Notes under the pieces: generated by a model
What the model was told of the DNA's origin: nothing
What the model saw: the letters and a program-made list of their open reading frames with translations, nothing else
Database searches by the model: none
Assembly (NCBI GenBank): GCA_002419005.1
Contig: DIFF01000012.1
Location: forward strand, 147,455-211,454
Length of the DNA: 64,000 nucleotides
Reading direction: 5' to 3'
Origin: Peptococcaceae bacterium UBA5755
GTDB lineage: Bacteria > Bacillota > Dehalobacteriia > UBA4068 > UBA5755
Shown here: positions 9,148 through 17,233 of the stretch, in pieces
Position numbering within the stretch: position 1 is the first letter of the stretch
Layout of the letters: each line of letters starts with the position of its first letter
Made by a program: the position numbers and the translations under genes

Positions 9148-9185
9148 AAAAAGCCCTTAGCTTAAAAGCTAAGGGCTTTTTGTTT
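9148..9185. terminator. Bidirectional rho-independent terminator between the DUF1648 gene and metK
   Basis: agcccttagc / gctaagggct forms a 10-bp stem flanked by an A-run on one side and a T-run on the other. Confidence 0.75.
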
Positions 9186-9194
9186 ATAAAGTTA

Positions 9195-10379
9195 TTACAA
9201 AGCTTTTTTTAAAAGCTCAACCTTATCCAATTTTTCCCAAGGCAGGTCTAAATCGTTGCGGCCAAAATGGCCATAAGTAGACGTTTGCCTGTAGATGGGA
9301 CGCCGCAAGTTTAACTGGCTGATGATAGCGGCAGGACGCATATCAAAATGCTTGCGTACCAAAACCTCTAAAGCCTCTTCGCTTATTTTACCGGTACCAA
9401 AAGTATCAACACGCACAGAAACTGGCTCGGCTACACCAATGGCATAGGCAAGCTGCACTTCGCACCGCTTAGCAAGGCCGGCAGCCACAATGTTTTTTGC
9501 TATATAACGGCTTAAATAGGCTGCCGAACGATCCACTTTTGTGGGGTCTTTGCCAGAAAAAGCACCCCCGCCATGACGGGCCATGCCACCGTAAGTATCC
9601 ACAATTATTTTACGGCCGGTCAGACCTGTATCGCCCTGGGGCCCACCAATTACAAAGCGGCCGGTGGGATTAATAAAATACTTGGTATTTTCGTCGATCA
9701 TATCTGCCGGCAAAACAGGTTTGATTATTTTGGCCAAAACTTCTTTGCGTAGGTCAGCTAATTCTACTTTGTCACTATGCTGGGTGGAAAGCACTACTGT
9801 ATCAATGCGAACCGGTTTGTCGTCCAGATATTCTACTGTTACCTGGGCTTTGCCATCCGGACGCAAAAAACCTATCTCACCGCTTTTTCTGGCTTCGGCC
9901 AGGCGTTTGGTTAATTTGTGGGCCAAACTAGCAGAAAGAGGCATATACTCTGGGGTTTCATCACAAGCATAGCCAAACATCATGCCTTGGTCGCCGGCCC
10001 CAATCAAAGATGCCTGATCGGTAGCTCCGCTTTTTATTTCCCAAGCTTGGTCTACACCCATGGCAATGTCGCTGGATTGCTCATCAATGGCTACCAAAAT
10101 AGCACAGGTATGGCAGTCGAAACCATAAGCAGCATTTGTATAGCCCACTTCTTCCACCACTTTTCTAGCAATACTGGCCACATCCACATAGCATTGGGTG
10201 GATATTTCACCAGAGATAAGCACAAGACCGGTGGTAACAAAGGTTTCACAGGCAACACGGGCATTGGGGTCTTTGCTAAAAATATCATCCAATACAGCAT
10301 CAGAAATTTGATCGGCAAGTTTGTCGGGGTGACCTTCAGTTACCGATTCAGAAGTAAAAAACTGTTTCATCCTCACCAC
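9195..10379 (-). CDS. metK: S-adenosylmethionine synthetase
   Basis: 394 aa with [25 protein letters not shown] and [16 protein letters not shown] motifs. The start is ambiguous (GTG at 10379 or ATG at 10370). Confidence 0.95.
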   Translation of the reverse strand: MVRMKQFFTSESVTEGHPDKLADQISDAVLDDIFSKDPNARVACETFVTTGLVLISGEISTQCYVDVASIARKVVEEVGYTNAAYGFDCHTCAILVAIDEQSSDIAMGVDQAWEIKSGATDQASLIGAGDQGMMFGYACDETPEYMPLSASLAHKLTKRLAEARKSGEIGFLRPDGKAQVTVEYLDDKPVRIDTVVLSTQHSDKVELADLRKEVLAKIIKPVLPADMIDENTKYFINPTGRFVIGGPQGDTGLTGRKIIVDTYGGMARHGGGAFSGKDPTKVDRSAAYLSRYIAKNIVAAGLAKRCEVQLAYAIGVAEPVSVRVDTFGTGKISEEALEVLVRKHFDMRPAAIISQLNLRRPIYRQTSTYGHFGRNDLDLPWEKLDKVELLKKAL

Positions 10380-10481
10380 TTCTTTTCTTTTAAAATTTTT
10401 AACTTTTATTTGCTCAGCCGGAAGAAAAACCGTCTGCTCAATAACATAAAAATATAAAAACTCAAAACTTAAACACCAGGG

Positions 10482-11678
10482 TTAAAAACCAGGCAACTTG
10501 CCTATAGCATCTAAAATTATTTCTGCCAACTTGGTTTTGGCAAGCTGAGGCAGGCTTTCCTCGTGACCATATTTATCCAACAAGGTTACTATATTGGTAT
10601 CCACATCAAAACCGGCTCCACTCAAAGTAACATCGTTGACTATTATCATGTCCAAATTTTTTTCCTGCAATTTCCCTTTGGCGTAATTTATTACATCATT
10701 AGTTTCGGCAGCAAAACCAATCAAAAGCTGGTTTTTCTTTTTTGTTCCTAAATCCTTTAAAATATCTGGGTTGGCAGTCAAATTTAGGGTTAATTCAACG
10801 TTATTTTTTTTAATTTTTTTTTGCTTTGGCTCGGCTGCTTTAAAATCGGATACAGCAGCGGTTTTTATTACTATATCCATTTCATCAAAAACAGCAAGAA
10901 CTGCTTTTTGCATTTCTGCTGCACTTTCCACTTTAAGCAAATCCACCCCGGCCGAGGCATTTAAGGCCACAGGACCGCTTACCAAGGTTACTTTTGCCCC
11001 TCTTTTTTGAGCGGCTGCGGCCAAAGCGTAACCCATACGCCCACTACTACGGTTACTGATGAAACGCACCGGATCAATAGCCTCTCGAGTAGGGCCGGCT
11101 GTTATCAACACTTTTTTGCCAAGCCAGGTTTGGTCAGGCAAAAGATATGTGGTTATTTTAGCCTTAATATCCTCTATATCAGCCAGACGACCCTTACCTT
11201 CCGTTCCACAGGCCAAACGGCCGATCCCGGGCTCAATGATATCTATACCTCTCTCCTTTAAGCAAGCAAGGTTTTTTTGCGTGGCCGGATTTTGATACAT
11301 ATTAACATTCATGGCAGGGGCCACCACAATAGGACATGTAGCTGCCAAAGAAGCTGCCGATAAAACATCATCAGCAAGACCATAAGCCAACTTAGCTAAA
11401 TAATTAGCAGTGGCAGGCACTACCACAAAAAGATCTGCCCCTTCCACCGTGGAAATATGGATGACAGGCCAAGGCTGCCCTGCTGCTAAAATATCTACGG
11501 CTACCGGGTTACCACTCAAGGTTTGCAAAGTTAAGGACGTGATAAACTCACAAGCGGCAGCAGTCATAATAACCTGCACATCCGCTTGTTTTTGTTTTAG
11601 CCAACTAACTATGTCGGCGGCTTTGTAGGCAGCAATACCACCTGTTATGCCTACTACAACCTTTTTTCCTGCAAACAT
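10482..11678 (-). CDS. coaBC: Bifunctional phosphopantothenoylcysteine decarboxylase / phosphopantothenate-cysteine ligase
   Basis: 398 aa with an N-terminal flavoprotein motif (KKVVVGITGGIAAYKA) and a C-terminal CoaB domain (ITAGPTREAIDPVRFISNRSSG). Confidence 0.93.
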   Translation of the reverse strand: MFAGKKVVVGITGGIAAYKAADIVSWLKQKQADVQVIMTAAACEFITSLTLQTLSGNPVAVDILAAGQPWPVIHISTVEGADLFVVVPATANYLAKLAYGLADDVLSAASLAATCPIVVAPAMNVNMYQNPATQKNLACLKERGIDIIEPGIGRLACGTEGKGRLADIEDIKAKITTYLLPDQTWLGKKVLITAGPTREAIDPVRFISNRSSGRMGYALAAAAQKRGAKVTLVSGPVALNASAGVDLLKVESAAEMQKAVLAVFDEMDIVIKTAAVSDFKAAEPKQKKIKKNNVELTLNLTANPDILKDLGTKKKNQLLIGFAAETNDVINYAKGKLQEKNLDMIIVNDVTLSGAGFDVDTNIVTLLDKYGHEESLPQLAKTKLAEIILDAIGKLPGF

Positions 11679-11726
11679 AGGTCACACCTCAATTTATAAA
11701 AAGCTTTTATCAGCTATTTTTCTTTT

Positions 11727-11933
11727 TTATTTTATGCCATCTTTGGTGCGCTTCCAAAGTATTCTATCCTCATTAAGTTCTTTTAAAGCTAGGGAAACCG
11801 GATTTATGATGCCACCTTGCAACAACTCCGGCTCTTTTTCTGTAATTTGTCTTGCTCTTTTCGAGGCAATAATTATCAAAGTATATTTTGAATCTGCTTT
11901 GTTCAACAATTGATCAATGGGTGGATTATTCAA
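11727..11933 (-). CDS. rpoZ: DNA-directed RNA polymerase omega subunit
   Basis: 68 aa with DSKYTLIIIASKRARQI. The gmk-rpoZ order is conserved. Confidence 0.9.
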   Translation of the reverse strand: MNNPPIDQLLNKADSKYTLIIIASKRARQITEKEPELLQGGIINPVSLALKELNEDRILWKRTKDGIK

Positions 11934-12532
11934 ATAGGCTGCCTCCTTTCGGCAATCATCCGCGTGGTTTTTAACTTTTCTGCCAGAATAATTGTCTGCA
12001 CTAAAGTAACGGTTTCGTTAATGCTGTTATTCGTTAAAGCATAATCATATTCCGGCAACATGATCATTTCTTGCTCAAATTCTGCCAAACGATGCAAAAT
12101 AACCTCTTCACAATCCGTTTCTCTGCCATAAAGACGTTTTTTTAGCTCCTCAAAAGATGGCGGCAAAATAAATAAGAGCACGGCCTCGGGATAATTAGCT
12201 TTTACCTGCATAGCACCCTTGGTATCAATCTCTAAAATAACATCTTTGCCTTCGGCTAAAAGGTTTAAAACTTTGTTTTTTGGCGTACCATAAAAGTTAC
12301 CATAGACCTCCGCCCACTCCAAAAAATCCCCATTTTCCCGCCACTTTATAAATTCATCTGGGGGAAGAAAATAGTAGTGTACACCATCTTCTTCTCCCAG
12401 ACGAGGTTCTCTTGTAGTAGCAGAAATAGATATAACTACCTGGGGATCAACTTGATGTAAAGCGGAACAAATAGTCCCTTTGCCCACACCAGAAGGGCCG
12501 GATATAACTATCAGCAAGCCTTTGGCCTTCAC
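11930..12532 (-). CDS. gmk: Guanylate kinase
   Basis: GLLIVISGPSGVGKGT P-loop. Start reassigned to the GTG at 12532, 1 nt after the remA stop. The track's longer ORF would overlap remA by 137 nt. Confidence 0.9.
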   Translation of the reverse strand: MKAKGLLIVISGPSGVGKGTICSALHQVDPQVVISISATTREPRLGEEDGVHYYFLPPDEFIKWRENGDFLEWAEVYGNFYGTPKNKVLNLLAEGKDVILEIDTKGAMQVKANYPEAVLLFILPPSFEELKKRLYGRETDCEEVILHRLAEFEQEMIMLPEYDYALTNNSINETVTLVQTIILAEKLKTTRMIAERRQPI

Positions 12533-12533
12533 G

Positions 12534-12800
12534 CTAATCTTCCGCTTCCTCTCCATCTTTGGTATTAGTAAAACGGTTTGCCACTGTTTCTGGTTGAGTA
12601 GCTGACAACACAACATGCCCGCTATCAGCAACAATAACGGCACGAGTCCTGCGGCCATAAGTGGCATCAATCAAAACACCATTTTCTCGTGCTTCTTGGA
12701 TAATCCGTTTTATGGGGGCAGACTCCGGGCTAACAATGGCTATCACACGATTAGCAGACACGTGATTACCAAAGCCAATATTTATCAGCCTGATTTGCAA
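12534..12800 (-). CDS. remA: DUF370 protein RemA (extracellular matrix/biofilm regulator family)
   Basis: 88 aa; [37 protein letters not shown] matches the YlzA/RemA family. Its position directly upstream of gmk matches B. subtilis. Confidence 0.88.
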   Translation of the reverse strand: MQIRLINIGFGNHVSANRVIAIVSPESAPIKRIIQEARENGVLIDATYGRRTRAVIVADSGHVVLSATQPETVANRFTNTKDGEEAED

Positions 12801-12818
12801 TTAATTTGCCTCCTTAAC

Positions 12819-13127
12819 TTAGGACAATTTTTCCAAAAGTTGAGCTTTTTGGCGGTTGCCCAGACCTTGAACACGACGGGCTTCGTCAATGCCAATATCT
12901 TCCATGATTTTTTTAGCGGTAATTTTACCAACTTGGGGCAGGGATTCCAAGAGATATTTAACTCTCATTTTGGCAACTACTTCATTTTCAGAATCAGCCA
13001 ACACCTTGGCCAGGGTTGTTTTGCCTGCTTTTAGCTGTTGACGCAAAGCAGTACGTTTACTACGCATTTGTTGTGCTTTTTGTAATGCTTGGGCTCTTTC
13101 TTCGGCAGACAATTCGGGAATACTCAT
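12819..13127 (-). CDS. mihF: Actinobacterial-type integration host factor (mIHF)-like nucleoid protein
   Basis: 102 aa from the ATG at 13127 (GGAGG upstream). MSIPELSAEERAQALQKA...VVAKMRVKYLLESLPQVGKITAKKIMEDIGI...RRVQGLGNRQKAQLLEKL aligns along its whole length with the mycobacterial mIHF sequence as I recall it (...GKMKVSALLEALPKVGKVKAQEIM...RRLRGLGDRQRKALLEKF). Confidence 0.75.
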   Translation of the reverse strand: MSIPELSAEERAQALQKAQQMRSKRTALRQQLKAGKTTLAKVLADSENEVVAKMRVKYLLESLPQVGKITAKKIMEDIGIDEARRVQGLGNRQKAQLLEKLS

Positions 13128-13224
13128 AAAAGTACACACCTCCTGATTTTTTGTTTGTTTTTTTATATAATTTACCGTTTTATTTTATTACGGCAAAATT
13201 ATGACCCTATTATATTATACTATA

Positions 13225-14103
13225 CTATTCTATATTTTGCACCTGTTCTCTTATTTTTTCCAGCACACTTTTCATTTCAATTACCTGATTACTGATGATC
13301 AAGCTGTTTGATTTGGAACCAATTGTGTTTACTTCTCTGTTCATTTCCTGCAACAAAAAGTCTAGTTTTCGGCCTACTACATCGGAAGATTGTAAAATGT
13401 TGGAAAACTGAATAAGATGACTTTCCAACCTGGCAATTTCTTCATCTATGGACACCTTGTCGGCAAAAAAAGCAACTTCATTTGCTAAACGTGCCTCATC
13501 CACCTGCACATCAGCCAAAAGCTCGGCAACTCTTTCTTTCAAACGTTGGCTATACTCCGAAACCACCAGCGAGGCACTTTTAATGACATCAGCCAAAGAC
13601 CGACTAATGCTTTCTTTGTGGGTCAAAAAACCTGCTGCCAGCTTTTCGCCTTCCGCCTCCCGCATTTTGATTAGATTCTGCATGGCTTTTAAAAGAGCAT
13701 CTTCCATAATGGGCCACAGTTCTTCCAGATCATCTTCCGGTTTTTCCACGCTTAAAATACCAGGAAAATTAAACATGGCAGCCAAATTTATTTCTGGTTC
13801 TATGCCGCATATCTCTGCGACCTGTAATAATGAATTATAATACGCTAGACACAAGTCTTTGTCAACCTTTAACTGCTTTTCTGCACTCAAATTCTCCTCA
13901 ACAGAAAGAAAAATATCCAATCTCCCTCTGCTGATTAATTGATTGGCTAATTTTTTTACCCTTTCTTCCAGGGGCTGGGTGTTTTTAGGCATTCTTATTA
14001 CAACCTCTAAAAAACGGTTGTTAATGGAGCGTACCTCAGCTTTTACCTGGTATCTTTCATTACCCGCTTCTGCCCAGCCATATCCGGTCATGCTTTTTAT
14101 CAA
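13225..14103 (-). CDS. yicC: YicC/YloC-family stress-induced protein
   Basis: 292 aa with an MIKSMTGYG N-terminus (TTG start) and the C-terminal DUF1732-type motif KLDFLLQEMNREVNTIGSK. Confidence 0.9.
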   Translation of the reverse strand: MIKSMTGYGWAEAGNERYQVKAEVRSINNRFLEVVIRMPKNTQPLEERVKKLANQLISRGRLDIFLSVEENLSAEKQLKVDKDLCLAYYNSLLQVAEICGIEPEINLAAMFNFPGILSVEKPEDDLEELWPIMEDALLKAMQNLIKMREAEGEKLAAGFLTHKESISRSLADVIKSASLVVSEYSQRLKERVAELLADVQVDEARLANEVAFFADKVSIDEEIARLESHLIQFSNILQSSDVVGRKLDFLLQEMNREVNTIGSKSNSLIISNQVIEMKSVLEKIREQVQNIE

Positions 14104-14261
14104 AATATTCCCTCCACAAAAACCTTGCTGGTTTATAATAAATTTAATAATTTTTAAGTAATTCTAGTAAAAAAAGCTTTTTCCTGCAAAAAAATAAACA
14201 TTTTCCCTGCTTAGGCATAGCTTGCTATATTTTTTTTAATTATGTTATACTATTTTATAGT

Positions 14262-14306
14262 TTTTAAAGTTAAATTTTTGCTTTTACCAAAAATTTAACT
14301 TTAAAA
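14262..14306 (+). repeat. Perfect 18-bp inverted repeat with a 9-nt spacer in the rqcH leader
   Basis: ttttaaagttaaattttt (14262-14279) / aaaaatttaactttaaaa (14289-14306). It lies between a TTGCTA-18-TGtTATACT promoter-like element and the rqcH SD. Confidence 0.7.
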
Positions 14307-14331
14307 TAATAAATAAAACACGAGGTAGATT

Positions 14332-16086
14332 ATGCCATTTGATAGTTTGACTTTGGCCGCTGTAACTGCTCAGTTGCAAAAAAAAATTTTGGGCACAAGG
14401 GTCATTAAAGTCCATCAACCCAATAAAACCACAATAATTTTGCGCTTGCACGGAAATGGCGACAATTACAAATTACTTCTTTGTGCCCATCCACAGCAAG
14501 CCAGAGTGCATTTGGTGGAAACAACAGAAGAAAATCCGGCGCAGCCCCCTCTTTTTTGCATGGTTTTACGGAAACATTTGGAGGGCGGCCGTTTAGTAAA
14601 AATTAGCCAAAATAGCTGGGAACGAATTTTGCTTTTGGATTTTGAAATTACAGATGAAACCGGCATGCCAAGCGTAAGAAGGCTGGTAGTGGAGATTATG
14701 GGCAAACACAGTAATATTATTCTTTTAGACCAAGCCAGCGAGGTGATTTTTGATGGTATAAGACGGTATTCTCACAACCTTTCCCGCCACCGCGAGGTTT
14801 TGCCCGGGCAAACATATTTGCCGCCGCCGCTTTTAAAGCAACCAACACCAGAAAATATAAATGAAGAAGAAACCTGGCAGAAGCTTTTGGCCGGAGCTAA
14901 TTTTGTAACCCCCCTTGCTAAAGCCATCAGCCAGCAGATATCTGGCATTTCACCTTTTTTGGCTAAAGAAATTGTGGCAAGAGCCGGCCTTGGGGAAGAA
15001 ACAACTTTAGAATATCTTGGTTTGCTGGAATATTCTCGCCTTTATGCTGCCTTTAAACAAATAAAAATCGCCTATCAAGAAGAGGAATATCAGCCGGTTG
15101 TGTTGGCGACTGGCTGTGAGCTTTATGATTATTATGCTTTACCATTGGTTTCTGTAAGCCTGGCAGAACAGCAGTTTTTCCCTGATATTTCCCAAGCTTT
15201 AGAATATTATCATCAAAAAAAAGAGGCACAAAACCTCTTGGAAGCCCGTAAAAGAGAACTAAACAAAACAAATCAGGCTGAGCTTTCTCGGGTGTGGAAA
15301 AAAATTGCTTTGCAGGAAGAAAACTTGGCAGAAGCGGAAGCAGCAGATAAATATAAGGAGGCCGGCGAGCTTTTAACCACATATATTTATTTACTAAAAA
15401 AGGGTATGGATTCAATTGATTTGGAGAGTTTATATGAGCCCGGCAAAATGGTTAATGTTGAACTCAACCCCCAGCTTGCCCCAAGTGACAATATTAAACA
15501 ATACTTTCACAGATACAACAAGGCTAAAAACTCCCGCCAGCTGATTGAAAGCCAGATTGCTGCCGGCAAAGAGGAGCTTGCTTATTTGGAAAGCGTAGCC
15601 CTGGCAATAGAAAATTCTGATGATTTGGCGCTTTTGGCGGAAATTCGCCAGGAGTTGGCCGATACTGGTTACCTGCAACAAAAACCCCAACCAAAAGGCA
15701 GCAAAAAAACTCCTGCCATTTTGAGCCCCCATGAATATGTTTCCAGCGATGGATATACTATTTTGGCCGGCCGTAATAACCGGCAAAATGACTACCTAAC
15801 CCTAAACCTGGCCCGCAAAGATGACATTTGGCTCCACACCCAAAAGATCCCCGGTAGTCACGTTATTATTAGGCTGGAGCGAGGGCAGGAAGTATCTACC
15901 ACTGCCCTTGTTGAGGCGGCGGCAATTGCTGCTTGGCATAGCCAGGCCAGGCTCTCAAGCCAGGTGCCGGTAGATTTTACCCTGGTGCGCCAGGTAAAAA
16001 AACCGGCCGGGGCCAAACCCGGCATGGTTATTTATCAGCAGCAAAAAACACTTTATGTTACACCTGGCCTGCCGCCAGAACAGTAA
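14332..16086 (+). CDS. rqcH: NFACT-family ribosome quality-control protein RqcH (FbpA-like)
   Basis: 584 aa with an NFACT-N domain (MPFDSLTLAAV...VHQP...), a central coiled coil, and an NFACT-R/DUF814 C-terminus (DIWLHTQKIPGSHVII). Confidence 0.88.
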   Translation: MPFDSLTLAAVTAQLQKKILGTRVIKVHQPNKTTIILRLHGNGDNYKLLLCAHPQQARVHLVETTEENPAQPPLFCMVLRKHLEGGRLVKISQNSWERILLLDFEITDETGMPSVRRLVVEIMGKHSNIILLDQASEVIFDGIRRYSHNLSRHREVLPGQTYLPPPLLKQPTPENINEEETWQKLLAGANFVTPLAKAISQQISGISPFLAKEIVARAGLGEETTLEYLGLLEYSRLYAAFKQIKIAYQEEEYQPVVLATGCELYDYYALPLVSVSLAEQQFFPDISQALEYYHQKKEAQNLLEARKRELNKTNQAELSRVWKKIALQEENLAEAEAADKYKEAGELLTTYIYLLKKGMDSIDLESLYEPGKMVNVELNPQLAPSDNIKQYFHRYNKAKNSRQLIESQIAAGKEELAYLESVALAIENSDDLALLAEIRQELADTGYLQQKPQPKGSKKTPAILSPHEYVSSDGYTILAGRNNRQNDYLTLNLARKDDIWLHTQKIPGSHVIIRLERGQEVSTTALVEAAAIAAWHSQARLSSQVPVDFTLVRQVKKPAGAKPGMVIYQQQKTLYVTPGLPPEQ

Positions 16087-16090
16087 AACA

Positions 16091-16124
16091 AAAAAGGGGC
16101 CTGCTAAATGCAGTGCTCCTTTTT
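16091..16124. terminator. Bidirectional terminator between rqcH and pyrF
   Basis: aaaaaggggcctgc-taaat-gcagtgctccttttt forms an imperfect GC-containing hairpin flanked by A and T runs. Confidence 0.6.
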
Positions 16125-16144
16125 AAATAAAATTAAATAAAATT

Positions 16145-16873
16145 TTAATTGTTCAGTTCTTCCATTTCAGCAACAATCAGGCGGGCCGCTTCGGCTGGGT
16201 CTTTATGGCCTGTAATGGGACGACCAATAACTAAATATGTTGCCCCGGCAGCTACCGCTTCCTTTGGGGTCATGATTCTGGCTTGATCATTTGTGGCAGC
16301 CCAGGCAGGACGAATGCCGGGGGTTACAATCACAAAATCTTCGCCACAGGATTCCCTAATATATTTTAACTCTTTTGGCGAAGCCACCACGCCATCCAAG
16401 CCGGCTTTTTGGGCCATTTGGGCCCATTTGATTACCTGTTCAACAATTGGTGTTTTTATGCCCATCTCTTCCTCAAATTCTGTCTGGCTGATGCTGGTTA
16501 GCACGGTAACAGCCATGGCCAAAGGCTTTTCCACTCCAGCTTCTTCTGCTGCCTCTTTAGCGGCAATGGCAGAGGCCTGCATCATTTTGAAACCGCCACC
16601 GGCATGCAAAGTATACATGAAAGCTTTCCGCTTAGTAATTATCTTTGTGGCCTGGCTTACGGTATTGGGGATGTCGTGAAATTTTAGATCTACAAAAACT
16701 TTACCACCCAACTCTTGAATATACTTTACGATATCCGGGCCTTCCGCATTATAAAGCTGCATGCCAATTTTAAAAGCACCCACATGGTTCTTTAGCTTGC
16801 TTAGCAATTCCAATGCTTCTTTTCTGGTGGGCACATCCAAAGCCACAATAATTTTATCTTTCATGCTCAGCAT
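16145..16873 (-). CDS. pyrF: Orotidine 5'-phosphate decarboxylase
   Basis: 242 aa with IIVALDV, FKIG and VDLKFHDIPNT motifs. Confidence 0.93.
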   Translation of the reverse strand: MLSMKDKIIVALDVPTRKEALELLSKLKNHVGAFKIGMQLYNAEGPDIVKYIQELGGKVFVDLKFHDIPNTVSQATKIITKRKAFMYTLHAGGGFKMMQASAIAAKEAAEEAGVEKPLAMAVTVLTSISQTEFEEEMGIKTPIVEQVIKWAQMAQKAGLDGVVASPKELKYIRESCGEDFVIVTPGIRPAWAATNDQARIMTPKEAVAAGATYLVIGRPITGHKDPAEAARLIVAEMEELNN

Positions 16874-16921
16874 ATAAAACCTCTCTCTTTAATTAATATT
16901 TATTATTAAACAATTAAACAA

Positions 16922-17113
16922 AAATAAAGAAAGCCCCACGTATGCCGTAAAGACCAGCGTTTTGAACCTGCCTCAGCAGGTGGGTATCCTCTCAGCGACT
17001 TTCCAAGTCCCCAGCTATCGGGGCATGTGGTCCACTGCCGAAGTTAGATTCCCTAAATAAATGTGTTGGCTCAAAACTACTGGTCATTTTACGCACATCG
17101 TCGGGCTTTCTTT
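16922..17113 (-). ncRNA. ssrS: 6S RNA (SsrS)
   Basis: On the minus strand, the 5' AAAGAAAGCCCGACG...GACCAG..GUUUUGAGCC pairs with the 3' GGUUCAAAAC.CUGGUC UUUACG...GGGGCUUUCUUU to form a long closing stem. The apical hairpin is CCCCGAUAGCUGGGG. The GGUUCAAAAC / GUUUUGA motifs match B. subtilis 6S-1, and the location directly downstream of aspS is the same as bsrA. Confidence 0.85.
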
Positions 17114-17119
17114 ATTTTA

Positions 17120-17148
17120 ATTTTACCATCCGCAATAATCTGTTTCAA
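17120..17148 (-). promoter_or_regulatory. Sigma-70 promoter for 6S RNA
   Basis: TTGAAA (17148..17143), 17 nt, TGgTAAAAT (extended -10, 17128..17120). The predicted start, about 7 nt downstream, coincides with the 5' end of the closing stem. Confidence 0.55.
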
Positions 17149-17233
17149 GTGCAAAATTCATCATCCGACAATGTCCGACGAAACAAAACCTGATCTAATG
17201 ATAATTGCCAAAATTATCTAATTTTTTAAAAAT

